A program made the translations under genes and the position numbers. This document shows positions 45,099 through 54,900 of a stretch of DNA of 64,000 bases, piece by piece (position 1 is the first letter of the stretch; every line of letters starts with the position of its first letter). The notes under the pieces are model-generated. The model did not search any database. It had not been told where the DNA came from and saw nothing but the letters and a program-made list of their open reading frames with translations. Location: positions 1-64,000 of the IMG/VR virus record IMGVR_UViG_3300041409_000157. The stretch is one strand, 5' to 3'. This DNA comes from a virus.

Positions 45099-45394
45099 TT
45101 CCAAAAGTGGTTGAAGATGAAGCTTACCGCAACCCCTCCACCGGAACCAATCAGGCAGCACATCCAGTAGGCCCCCTTGGCCTGCTGCTTGGCTTCCTCG
45201 TGCTTGGCCACCACCGTCATCAGGCTGTTCACATTCTCCGTCAGGGCGTGAAGCTTAGTCGTCAGGACGCGCACGGATTCCTGCAAGCCCACCCGACCGC
45301 CATCAGCGGAGGATTCTAGGGCGTTGAGAATCTTGAGCAGCGTCTCCTGATGCTGGTGCTCCAAGGCGGTGATGCGGCGCTCTAAGTCGTTCAT
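45095..45394 (-). CDS. Coiled-coil protein with C-terminal TM helix (holin/XhlA-like)
   Basis: LERRITALE coiled coil; single C-terminal hydrophobic helix. Confidence 0.6.
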   Translation of the reverse strand: MNDLERRITALEHQHQETLLKILNALESSADGGRVGLQESVRVLTTKLHALTENVNSLMTVVAKHEEAKQQAKGAYWMCCLIGSGGGVAVSFIFNHFWK

Positions 45395-45445
45395 CGTGCA
45401 ACCGGGGTGCGCGGCAGCAGGATGTCGCCGTCGGGTTGGGTGGTC

Positions 45446-45970
45446 TTACAGCCACTGATCGCGCACGCGGATACCGCGAGCCACAGCATCAGCCAGCTTC
45501 GTGCGCTGACGGTTTTGAGATTCATAGGCATGGAGGGTTACATCGTCGATGGTGAGCTTGGAAGGGTCCGCCACACGCTTGTGCGTGCCGACGGTGAGCA
45601 GTTGATGGCCGCCCGGTCCCGGAACGTCATTCAGCACGTAGCCGCCGGGAATAGTGATCTTCGTGTAGAGCGCCCCGGCCCGGCAGTCCACGTCGCCCAC
45701 CAGCTTGCGCATGGCGGTGGCGAACTGAATGCCGCAGTGCTCGGAGATTTCATCGCAGGTGCCCCGCACGGCGGAGTTCTCCAAAGGCTGATTGCGTTCC
45801 TCACGATAGCGCACAACGTAATCCCACCAGAATGGGTTGAAGGTGTCGTCCAGCCACTCCTCCTCGAAGATGAACACCTGACCAGACGCCTTCATCTCCG
45901 GCCATGGGTCATCCAGATCACCGCAGGCGGTGGCCATGAGCATCTGCCACTCGAATGTGTTGATGAACAT
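45446..45970 (-). CDS. Papain/transglutaminase-like Cys protease fold protein
   Basis: TCDEIS ... GGHQL ... YESQN order resembles DCDDF..GHA..EPQ triad. Confidence 0.5.
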   Translation of the reverse strand: MFINTFEWQMLMATACGDLDDPWPEMKASGQVFIFEEEWLDDTFNPFWWDYVVRYREERNQPLENSAVRGTCDEISEHCGIQFATAMRKLVGDVDCRAGALYTKITIPGGYVLNDVPGPGGHQLLTVGTHKRVADPSKLTIDDVTLHAYESQNRQRTKLADAVARGIRVRDQWL

Positions 45971-45973
45971 GTG

Positions 45974-46360
45974 TCAGAGGGATTTGGCCACGCGCTGGTT
46001 GAAGGACACGTTGCCGGGTGACGCTGCCGTGGTCTTCGCCCCGGTGAGACTGTCCTTAAAGCTGGCCAGCACCTTGGGTTGCAGCTCAGGTGGCACGATC
46101 TCAGCAACCCCCTTCTTCAGCGCGACTCCAGAAGCCTCTGCCGAGAGCGGCTTCGTGAAGGTCACCTCGATGAGGTTCTGGAGCTTGGATTGGTAGGGCT
46201 GAATCTCCTTCACGGACTGGCCCAGCTCCTGCACCCCGAAGGAGAGCGCGAGCTTGGCACCTGCTTTGAGCACATCCTGCGTGCCCGGCGAGAGGCTGTT
46301 CCACGTTTCGCAGCCGTTAAGGAGCAGGAGGAGCGGGAGGGCCAGGAGGAAGCGTTTCAT
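45974..46360 (-). CDS. Lipoprotein (spanin-like?)
   Basis: MKRFLLALPLLLLLNGC lipobox. Confidence 0.7.
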   Translation of the reverse strand: MKRFLLALPLLLLLNGCETWNSLSPGTQDVLKAGAKLALSFGVQELGQSVKEIQPYQSKLQNLIEVTFTKPLSAEASGVALKKGVAEIVPPELQPKVLASFKDSLTGAKTTAASPGNVSFNQRVAKSL

Positions 46361-46679
46361 TGCGTGCGATGTAGGAGGTTTTACCGTCGGGATTAGTGGG
46401 GCGGTCAAGCCACTGGCGGATCTGCTGGTCGAGGCCGGTCGAGGAGTAGCCAATGACGGCTCCGATAATGGCGTTGAACACGACCGGGTTCTTCACGCTG
46501 TAGCTCACACTGGCTGTCTCAGCGATGAACGGGTAGAGGATGGCCCCGAAGATGGGGAGAGCGAAAGGGATGAGCCAGTTCTGCCATTGGGATTTCTTGA
46601 TGGCTTTGCCCGTGAACCATAGCAGCACGGCGAGTGCTACTGGAGGGGAGAGCTGGGTGAGGTTGTCGAGGAAGTCCAT
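46317..46679 (-). CDS. Holin (putative, 3 TM)
   Basis: GKAIKKS..NWLIP..G..STGLDQ pattern, three hydrophobic segments. Confidence 0.7.
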   Translation of the reverse strand: MDFLDNLTQLSPPVALAVLLWFTGKAIKKSQWQNWLIPFALPIFGAILYPFIAETASVSYSVKNPVVFNAIIGAVIGYSSTGLDQQIRQWLDRPTNPDGKTSYIARNETLPPGPPAPPAP

Positions 46680-46718
46680 TGTCGTTATTTAGGACTGTGT
46701 CGCTGTTGCCGTTGGACA

Positions 46719-47657
46719 TCAGGGGAAAATCACTTCTTCAAGTGATATATTGTAAATGTTCACATTTGTGCAATTTGCAGTTGTGGACAACCCCATATAG
46801 AAATTCCAAGGGACTGACGTATCAACCTTATTGTTTGGGACGTAATTATATCGTGCCGCGTCAGCCGCCGATAGTTGCACTTGATTTGTCCAATCCCCGT
46901 AGTTTTTCAAGATTACGTTCCCGGATAAAATTGACGGCCCAAAATTACCCGCCTGCATTGCACTTGTGGTGAATCCAAGATAGTTTGTATTAGAACCACC
47001 ATATAGCCACATAGTCGCAACCGTCAAATTCAAGTTTGTCGGTTGTGCGTGATAGAAAATCAACACGATGGAGTTGGAACTTTTAAGTGCGGGAATGGTT
47101 GCTTTGAAGGCTTGCGTAATAGTAGCATAGTCGCCGGAGTTGGTCCGGTCAGCGGCGGCATTGGTAGCAACGGAACTGAAAAACAACGCATTGGTGCCCC
47201 AAAGAAATCGTCGTGTAATTTGATTGTTTATTAATGAAAGATTCGTCAGCCCCGCGCCGTTGCCGGAAATGACGTTGGCCATGTTTGTTAGGTTCTGCGC
47301 GGCCTGAAACGTCTTGGTTCCGGTAATGGTCTGCGCCCCATTCGTCGTCACCACCGCCACCGTCGGCACCCCGCTGCCAAGAATCTTGTTCGCGTCATAC
47401 ACCGCAATGGTGCTGGCCGTGGCGGCACTGTTGGTGGTGTTGCCATTGAGGGTGGTGCCATACATCTGCCAGTTGGTGACGCTCTGGCCGTAATTCGTAA
47501 GGCCCGCGACGATGCCGAGGTAGGTGCGCGCCTGCGCCGCATTGTTCATGGTCGAAACCCACGTCTGGCTCCATGGGGTGGGGCGATAAACGAATGACTG
47601 CGCCTGCACCGAGAACAGCGACAGGCACAACAGGAGAATGGTGGGGATGATTTTCAT
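46719..47657 (-). CDS. Thr/Asn-rich fibre-like protein with N-terminal signal peptide
   Basis: MKIIPTILLLCLSLFSVQA|Q; AAQARTYLGI and GAQTITGTKTF fibre motifs; low-GC C-terminal half. Confidence 0.65.
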   Translation of the reverse strand: MKIIPTILLLCLSLFSVQAQSFVYRPTPWSQTWVSTMNNAAQARTYLGIVAGLTNYGQSVTNWQMYGTTLNGNTTNSAATASTIAVYDANKILGSGVPTVAVVTTNGAQTITGTKTFQAAQNLTNMANVISGNGAGLTNLSLINNQITRRFLWGTNALFFSSVATNAAADRTNSGDYATITQAFKATIPALKSSNSIVLIFYHAQPTNLNLTVATMWLYGGSNTNYLGFTTSAMQAGNFGPSILSGNVILKNYGDWTNQVQLSAADAARYNYVPNNKVDTSVPWNFYMGLSTTANCTNVNIYNISLEEVIFP

Positions 47658-47664
47658 AAAGGGT

Positions 47665-48081
47665 TCAGGCGGTGGGAGCGGGTAAAAACTGAATCGTAAG
47701 CTTCTGCCCAGCGGCAGCCGACTTCCAGAACCACTTATTGAGGTCAAACGCCACGCCATCCGGCGCGGGAATCTCGAAGCCGCCCTGCCCGGCACCAATC
47801 GTGTCGGCATTGGCGGATGAGTTCGGCCCGATGGTGATGTCGGCGGTGTTCGTGGAGGGCGCACTGAGCACAGCACGCAGCACAAGCGTCGTCGTGGACA
47901 CGAACGGCGTGGCGGCACCGCTACCGTTGGTTGCGTCGATCTGCTGGTATTGCAGCACCTCAAGGTCATCCGGCCCCGGCGGCGACAGCGCGCCACACAC
48001 CTTCTGCGGCGTGGTAACCGGGCAGGCCGCAGCCGCCGTGTTGGAGGGGTATCCGGGATTGGGGGTGTATCCGTAGGCCAT
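47665..48081 (-). CDS. Putative virion beta-sandwich protein
   Basis: LSAPSTNTADITIG pattern, strong codon bias. Confidence 0.6.
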   Translation of the reverse strand: MAYGYTPNPGYPSNTAAAACPVTTPQKVCGALSPPGPDDLEVLQYQQIDATNGSGAATPFVSTTTLVLRAVLSAPSTNTADITIGPNSSANADTIGAGQGGFEIPAPDGVAFDLNKWFWKSAAAGQKLTIQFLPAPTA

Positions 48082-48084
48082 AAA

Positions 48085-48558
48085 TCAGGAGGTTGGTGCA
48101 GTCACTACTTTGGGAGAGCGCAGCTTGCGGGGAGCCTTGGCGTTGAGCAGGGCAGGTTTCGCGTCACCGGCTGCCACGAGAGCGAGCCGCAGGAGCCGCT
48201 CCTCCACCATGAGCGCCCCGGTGAGAATCTTCGCGCCGACGCTGCCCATCTCCACGTCAATGACGCCTGCTCCACCCTCCATCTCGCCGGAGGCGTATTG
48301 CATCATCGTCTTGGCGTGCTTCTTGATGAGGTCCACCTCTTCAAGGCAGGTGACCGTCCGCGTCAGGGCCACTTCTGGGAAGCGGATCTTGTGGGACATG
48401 AACGACCCGACCACCTGCATGGCCTTGATGCTCTCGATGGTCGTTACCGCACCGATCTCAACGAGTGCCTTGCGGGCTTCCGCTTCAGAGGGTGTCCCCT
48501 GGATGACATCGAATTCGGTCAACGGTTGGACAATCTCAGTGGTGGGTTCAGGATTCAT
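48085..48558 (-). CDS. Hypothetical helical protein
   Basis: ORF with strong codon bias. Confidence 0.65.
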   Translation of the reverse strand: MNPEPTTEIVQPLTEFDVIQGTPSEAEARKALVEIGAVTTIESIKAMQVVGSFMSHKIRFPEVALTRTVTCLEEVDLIKKHAKTMMQYASGEMEGGAGVIDVEMGSVGAKILTGALMVEERLLRLALVAAGDAKPALLNAKAPRKLRSPKVVTAPTS

Positions 48559-48931
48559 ACGCCTCCTTGGGCCAACCCATTGCGCCCGGCTCGATGCCTT
48601 CACCCTTGAGCCAGCATTCCGAATCCTTGATGCGGGCTTTCACCGGCATGTAGCAGAAGCACCCCAGTGGCTTATCGTCATCCAGTCGAACATCCCCACA
48701 AGTGCGCAGCTCCGGGCAGTAAATCTCGCAGGACTCGCAGGCGTTGAGCCTCCGCTGAACCATCTCCTTGGATGGTTTCTTGGCGCGAATCCATCCCCAG
48801 ATCGCCTTAAGAAAACCCCACGCATGAAACCCCGCTACGCGCCATCCGCTGCGCCGGACATCGTAGCGGGCGGCGAGCCACAAGGCCCTTGCAAACCCGC
48901 TGTAGAATCGAACCCGGCGCATCTGTGCCAT
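48548..48931 (-). CDS. Cys-rich hypothetical protein
   Basis: RRLNACESC..C..GCFCYMPVK..CW; start 48931 or 48922. Confidence 0.65.
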   Translation of the reverse strand: MAQMRRVRFYSGFARALWLAARYDVRRSGWRVAGFHAWGFLKAIWGWIRAKKPSKEMVQRRLNACESCEIYCPELRTCGDVRLDDDKPLGCFCYMPVKARIKDSECWLKGEGIEPGAMGWPKEAYES

Positions 48932-48986
48932 ACGGTAGGCACAAACGACCTGTTGACAAGCAGTAAAATCGGTCCCTAATTCAGCC

Positions 48987-49196
48987 ATGGCAGTCGAACA
49001 GGACACTCTCGCGCGCATGGCTTCTGGCCCTCAATGGGCTGCCCGCGAGTTGGTCCCCGTGATGCCGAGCTTCAGAATCATCTGCCCACGCCTCGCAAAG
49101 ATTGCGCCGGATGAGGCCGTCGCCTACGATGCGGCCAATGAAAAATGGCGTCAGGAATTGATGGTGCGACTCACTGGCGGCTCCGCTCCTGCATAA
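48987..49196 (+). CDS. Hypothetical protein, first gene of ejection operon
   Basis: ATG downstream of TTGACA at 48953. Confidence 0.6.
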   Translation: MAVEQDTLARMASGPQWAARELVPVMPSFRIICPRLAKIAPDEAVAYDAANEKWRQELMVRLTGGSAPA

Positions 49197-49199
49197 TTT

Positions 49200-50567
49200 A
49201 TGGCCCTCCTCAACTACACTTCCCCCGGCGTCATCGCCCCCGACTTCGCCGCCAAGAATGCCCTTGCGCTGCGCGGCCCGGCGGCAGCCTCCGCCAACAC
49301 CGCCCCGGCGCGCACCGCTTGGTGGTATGATTCCTCGGGGCAGAAGCGGTCCATGCCGCTCACGGGGGAACTCGCCAATGCCACCTCCGTCACAAGCCGT
49401 AATGGCAGTCTCGTGGTGAATGGTCCCTTTGGGGAGAAGGTCTTTGGCGGTGGTGGTGCGGTGAACACCACCACAGCATCCGGCACCGAGGCTCCCCCCA
49501 AGTTCGATGTCCTGCGCAATGTCAAAGACCCGGAGATTGATGCGGCGGCTACCAGTGCGCTGCGTGGGGCACAGTCCACGGGTGCCCAGACGCAGAACCT
49601 TTTCCAGAACTACCTTGACCAGTTCAATGCCAAGTCCGGGGAGCAGGCGGCGCGGCTCGACAGGGAGACAGCCACCTACGACACCGCTGCGGCGGACCTC
49701 GACAAGTCGCTCCAGAAGAATCTCGAAACGCAGAAGGCCAATCTGGAACGCTCCAAGCAGGTGGACCTGAACACCCTGCTCGGGAACGATGAGCGGTATT
49801 CCCTCACACGGGGACCGCTCGGGACTGGCCGGAGCGGGGAGCAGGAGCGCACCTTTGCGGATTCCTACTACCGGGCCTCCCTGCCGTATCAAGAGCGGCT
49901 CGGCCTGCTGGACCGCCAGAACATCGGCGACGTGTATGCCTCCCGGCTGAACACTGCGCCGCTCGCCCGTCGCGCCACCAATGAGGCCCTCTCCGCGCTG
50001 CTCACCCCGGCGCAGGCTGCCTCGTCCATCCGCAGCGATGAACTGCGCAACCTCGGTGCCGCAGCGAATCTCGTGTCGAGCAATCGCTTCTACACGCCCT
50101 ACTCCAGCGACCCCCGCCTGATCCCCGACCTGCCGACGCCAAATGCCGGGTATCGCCTGCCGTCCATCCCGAACTATGGTGGGGTGGGTTCGCCGACGCG
50201 CTCCCCTGGGTATGCGTTCCCCGGCGGGTTGCCCAGCGCGAATGCGCCGCAGGCCACGACCCGCAGTTCCGCTGAGGAAGCCTACTTCCGACAGACCGGT
50301 CGTTACCCTCAGAACGACCCCTACTTCAACGAGGATGTTTACACGTCCCTCGGAGGTCGCGTGCAGCAACCGCAGAACGGTTTCGCGGTGGCTCCAACGA
50401 ATGTGGCCTACGCTGCTGGTCAAGATTCGGCGCAACGCTTGCAGACTGCCCGCGCCTACGCTGACTCCATGTATCAGCAGCAGACCGGCATGGACCCGAA
50501 CATGGACCGCAACTACAACGAGGAAGTCTGGCGCGCATTCTACAACGAAGCCCTCAACGGCCAATAA
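49200..50567 (+). CDS. Putative DNA ejection / internal virion protein
   Basis: A/G/Q/N-rich, Cys-free, precedes giant protein. Confidence 0.6.
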   Translation: MALLNYTSPGVIAPDFAAKNALALRGPAAASANTAPARTAWWYDSSGQKRSMPLTGELANATSVTSRNGSLVVNGPFGEKVFGGGGAVNTTTASGTEAPPKFDVLRNVKDPEIDAAATSALRGAQSTGAQTQNLFQNYLDQFNAKSGEQAARLDRETATYDTAAADLDKSLQKNLETQKANLERSKQVDLNTLLGNDERYSLTRGPLGTGRSGEQERTFADSYYRASLPYQERLGLLDRQNIGDVYASRLNTAPLARRATNEALSALLTPAQAASSIRSDELRNLGAAANLVSSNRFYTPYSSDPRLIPDLPTPNAGYRLPSIPNYGGVGSPTRSPGYAFPGGLPSANAPQATTRSSAEEAYFRQTGRYPQNDPYFNEDVYTSLGGRVQQPQNGFAVAPTNVAYAAGQDSAQRLQTARAYADSMYQQQTGMDPNMDRNYNEEVWRAFYNEALNGQ

Positions 50568-50570
50568 CCT

Positions 50571-51857
50571 ATGCCATTCGTCTTTGGAGAAACCCCCGCT
50601 CAGGCAGCCCGCATGGGCTACGGCATGGCTTCCGCAAACCGTGCCGCACAGCAACGCACCAACGAGTTGCAGGCAGGCTACGACTTCCGCACGAACTCCG
50701 AGGAAAACGCCAATGCGCTGCGCTACGCGGCCATGCTCAACCAGCGACAGCAGGAGGAGAATGCCTTGGGCCGGGAATCCGAGAGCCTTGGGATGCAGCG
50801 ATATCAGCTTGGACAGCAGGCCGAGGCGGCAAAGCGTGCGGAGGACTGGCAGAAATATACGTTTGGCCAGCAGCTTGGACAGGCCAACAAGGAGTTTGAC
50901 TTCCGCAAGGCTCAGGTAGATGAGCAGAAGGGTCTGCGTGAGGACGAATTGTCAAATGCTGGTAACGCTCTGGCCGGGGCGCTGGCTGACCTGAAGCCAC
51001 AGCGTGACGCCGCGCTCTATCAGAAGCAGCAGGCGGAGGAAAAACTGGCCGCGCTCCACGCCAACGCGCAGAAGGAGGGATTGCTCCTTGATCCTCGTGG
51101 CCGGAAATACACCGGAACCAGTCCGCTCACCCAGAACTTCAACCAACGTCTCGAAGACTACAACTTCGACCGGGATGCCGCGAACAATGCACTGAAGCCA
51201 ATCCTTTCGGAGGCTAACGCGCTGGAACGGCAGGCGCGTGGCAGCGGCTTCGTGGTTGAGCAGGCGGGTGTCCGCCATCAGAAGCGCGGGACGTTCTTCC
51301 CGTATGCGCAGCCAGCGGCTCAGGCTCAAGAGCAAGCCGCGCCGTCCGCCCCGCAGATTCCCGGCGTGCCTCCTGTCGTGGCCACCTATAACCCTGCATC
51401 TGGAGATTACTCTCGCGGGGCAGCCCCGACCCGGATTGTTGCCAATACGAATTGGGGCGGTGCTGGCGGTGCTGGTGGTGCGCCTGCTGCTTCGGAAGAT
51501 GTCACGGATGAGCGCGGCCCGTCACTCAGTCCTCCAGCCCTTCCGCCTCCTGCGCGTCCACGAACGCTTCCACCGGTTACGCTTGCGCCTCCTCCGCAAC
51601 CAACCGGATTCGCTCCTTGGACTCAAAATGTCGGACGTGGTGCGCTGCGCCTCGTGAAAAACGTCGGTGTTGGAGCGGTGCGCAACATTCCTTCGTGGTC
51701 GGAAATTGTGCAGACCTACCACAACATCGACAACCAAGCCGCCGACTGGTGGAAGAAATATCCTCCCGGCACTCCCGAAGCCTTGGCGGAAGAAGAATAT
51801 CGCACAGAGCAAGAGCGAAACGTGCGTCCCTACCGCTTCAATCCGAGCTACTACTGA
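50571..51857 (+). CDS. Putative DNA ejection / internal virion protein
   Basis: Q/A-rich coiled coil, Cys-free. Confidence 0.6.
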   Translation: MPFVFGETPAQAARMGYGMASANRAAQQRTNELQAGYDFRTNSEENANALRYAAMLNQRQQEENALGRESESLGMQRYQLGQQAEAAKRAEDWQKYTFGQQLGQANKEFDFRKAQVDEQKGLREDELSNAGNALAGALADLKPQRDAALYQKQQAEEKLAALHANAQKEGLLLDPRGRKYTGTSPLTQNFNQRLEDYNFDRDAANNALKPILSEANALERQARGSGFVVEQAGVRHQKRGTFFPYAQPAAQAQEQAAPSAPQIPGVPPVVATYNPASGDYSRGAAPTRIVANTNWGGAGGAGGAPAASEDVTDERGPSLSPPALPPPARPRTLPPVTLAPPPQPTGFAPWTQNVGRGALRLVKNVGVGAVRNIPSWSEIVQTYHNIDNQAADWWKKYPPGTPEALAEEEYRTEQERNVRPYRFNPSYY

Positions 51858-51907
51858 GCCGGTAAATAGTTGACGGCAGTTTGGTTCCGGTTCAACCTTC
51901 AATCACC

Positions 51908-54900
51908 ATGCCGCAAATCGTAGCAGTTACCGGGGTCGGGAACGTGGAGTTTCCTGACGACTATTCCCACGATCAGATCAAGGAAATCCTCGACCGCGAT
52001 TACGGCCTGCCGTATCAGCGCAAGGAGCGCATCGCCATTGGCCGCGAGGCCGCAGCGCAGCCGGAGATCAGCCCCACCCTCGAAGCCCTCAAGCAGACGC
52101 CCTACAGCGACACCGCACGCGACCTCACCAAGGGCTTGATCGGAGTGCCGGAAATGGCCGTCGGTCTGGCGGACCTCGTAAGCGGGGGTTACGCCGGGAA
52201 AGCCGCTGAAGCTGCGGGATTCACGCCGCGCAAGTGGAAGATGGACTTGGATGCGTCGCAGTCGCCAGAGCGTCAGGCAGCGCAGCAGAAGGTCTTTGAG
52301 GCGAAGGGCTTCGTGCCAACCGTTCAGGCGATGGTTGAGAACCCATCCACCATTCTGGGTTCCGCTGTGGAGTCTGCCCCCTCGATGGTCGCTGGCGGTC
52401 TGGTCGGCAAGCTTGGCCTTGCGGCCGTCTCCAAGCTCGGCCACAAGGCAGCAGCTTGGGCGGCGGGCGTTCCAGCAGCAGCAGTGGCCGGTGGCGTTGG
52501 TGAAGGTGTCGTGACTGCCGGGCAGCAGGCCGAGCAGATTCGTCAGGAGACTGAGGACAAGCTCCTCAACTGGCAGCAAGTTGCGCTAGCGCTTGGCAGT
52601 GGTGTCGCCACTGGCACCATTGGGGCCTTGAGCGGAAAGCTCGCTGCACGGCTCGGTATCCCCAAGTTCGAGACAGCTATTGCTCACGGCGGATGGACCA
52701 ATCCCGGCGTTAAGAAATCCCTCACCGAGCGCATCGCAAAGGGCATCGGTGGAATGGTCACGGAAGGCTTGCTTGAGGAGCTTCCGCAGTCCACGCAGGA
52801 GGCCATCGCTCAAAACATCGCCCTCGGGAAACCTTGGGATGAAGGTGTCGCTGAACAGGCCGCGCAAGGATTCGTCACTGGTGCTGCCATGGGTGGTGTC
52901 GCTGGCGGGTTCGGCGGTGGCCATGGCAGCGCCCCCGCCACGAACATCCAGCCCGCCCCCTCTCCACAGCCGACGCCCACCCCGGCACCGGCTCCCGCTG
53001 CTGCGCCGCAACCGGCACCTCCGGCTCTGCGGCCAGCAGCACCCGTTCCGGCACCACCGCTCCCGGCTCTCTCGGGACAGGTGCTCAACACGCCCATCCA
53101 GAACTGGCAGGCGTCTCCCGGTGCGCCGCACACGCTGGCGCAGTCCCCGGATGCGTTCGGCGTTGGCAATCAGGTGGTGAAGCTCTCGCAGGCCGGTGGC
53201 GGGTTCGGCTCCATTGGCACCGTTACGGCAGTCACGGGACCGCAGGTGGACGGCAATCCCAACCCGACCGTCACGGTAAAGTTCCCTGACGGCTCCACTC
53301 GGGTGAGTGGCTTCAAGGAATACGGCTTCGCGGAAAACTTCAACGAGGCGCAGCAGCAGGTTGCCGCCGCACAGGGCAAGCCTTTCGAGCCGGGCTGGCA
53401 GGCACCCGCTCCACGCATCACTCCTACGCCACTCCCTGAGAAGACTGGCTCCAAGCGGGTCGCCCCGCTGACCACCAGCGAGCAGCTTGTGGAGCGCATT
53501 TCCGCTGCGCGTGCGGCCGGTGACACCGAGACGGCCCGCAGGCTGGCGGCTGAACTGGACTTCCTTGGTAATCCTCCACGAAGCGTTAAGGACATAGAAT
53601 CCGACTTGAATAAAGCCGCCAAGCCGTCAGCAGCCATCACGAAAGCTAGGAATGTGTTTCTTGATCCGTCCTCGACTCCAGATCAGAAGGCTGCCGCAAG
53701 AGCAACGATGGAGAGCGAGAAGCTGGTTCAGGATCGAAAGATAGACGCTCTTAAAGAGGAGCTTAAGGCGCATTCGGATGAGGCTCTCTTTAACAGTCTG
53801 GATAGGTTTTTGCAGCTTGAACTATCTCCGAAATACAGAGAGGACGATGATAAGTGGTTTGCGGCTAATTATTCATCCAGGGATGATCGGGGCAATCGCA
53901 ATGCTGCCGCTGAAATCCTGGTTGAAAGGGGTTTTGTGGAGAGGGGTGTGGCGGAAGCTAATGCGCGCATTAAAGCTGAGACTGTCCGCCCTGAAGCCGC
54001 CATGGAAGCGCGCCCGCAGGCTCCGCTGGGCATCCAGCGTGAGGCGGTTGTATCGCCGGAGGTGGCGGCGGCAGCGCGTGCGGCGGTGGGCTACAACCCG
54101 AAGGTGCCGGTGGTGCAGCGCACGGAGGGGGCGAGGGAGGCGTTGAGCGGGGCGCGGAAAACAGATGTCTCGAACCCTGCACTGATGACTCCTGACGAAT
54201 ACAAGTATCACTTGATTCGGACGGAGGGACACCAATCCTTCCCTAAAGACTTGCGTGAGCAGAAAGCGCAAGGTGAGTTCCACAAGTATTATCTCGTGGA
54301 GGCATTCAAACAACATGCCCCCGTTTCAGCGCGTGCTGCTGACAGGTATTTCTGGAAGGGCACCTTCTCTGAAGGTGGACCACAACTCCCTCCCGGCTAC
54401 ATTCGCAGTGGAGAAACCTACGTTTATGCCCCTCAAAATGTCCCCCTCGAAAGCCGCCTTCCAGTTCAACCTGAAGGAAATGATGCGCTCGGGAAAACGC
54501 AGCCGGTCCCAAGCATTGGCAGCGGCCTACAGAATCCAGCGGGCGGAGCAGCGGAAGGTGCGCAGGGTGAAGCGGCTAAGGGTGACGTAATCCTCGCCCG
54601 CACAGCTCCAAAGGAACGTGCGGACATCAATAACGGCACCCGCGTCACCGAGTTCAGGGTCCGTAAGGTGACTCCGCAGGAGCAGAATGCTAACTGGGAA
54701 CTCTACGGGCAGAAGCCTTGGGTGGTTGAGCGTCGCACTGTCAGTGCTGACCTTGATACCGGCACCGTGGAGAATGGTGAGTGGTCGCCATTCGCTCAAG
54801 GGGAATCCCGAACGCAAGCCATTGATGATGGCATTGCTGACACGCAGTATCGCGGCGCGATTTCCGAGGACGCCACCTTCAAGAAGGTTGTCGAGAAGGC

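Noticed and set aside
47658-47996. 5' extension of the fibre-like ORF (425 aa call)
   Set aside because: Overlaps the better 47665..48081 gene in another frame; the signal peptide marks ATG 47657 as start
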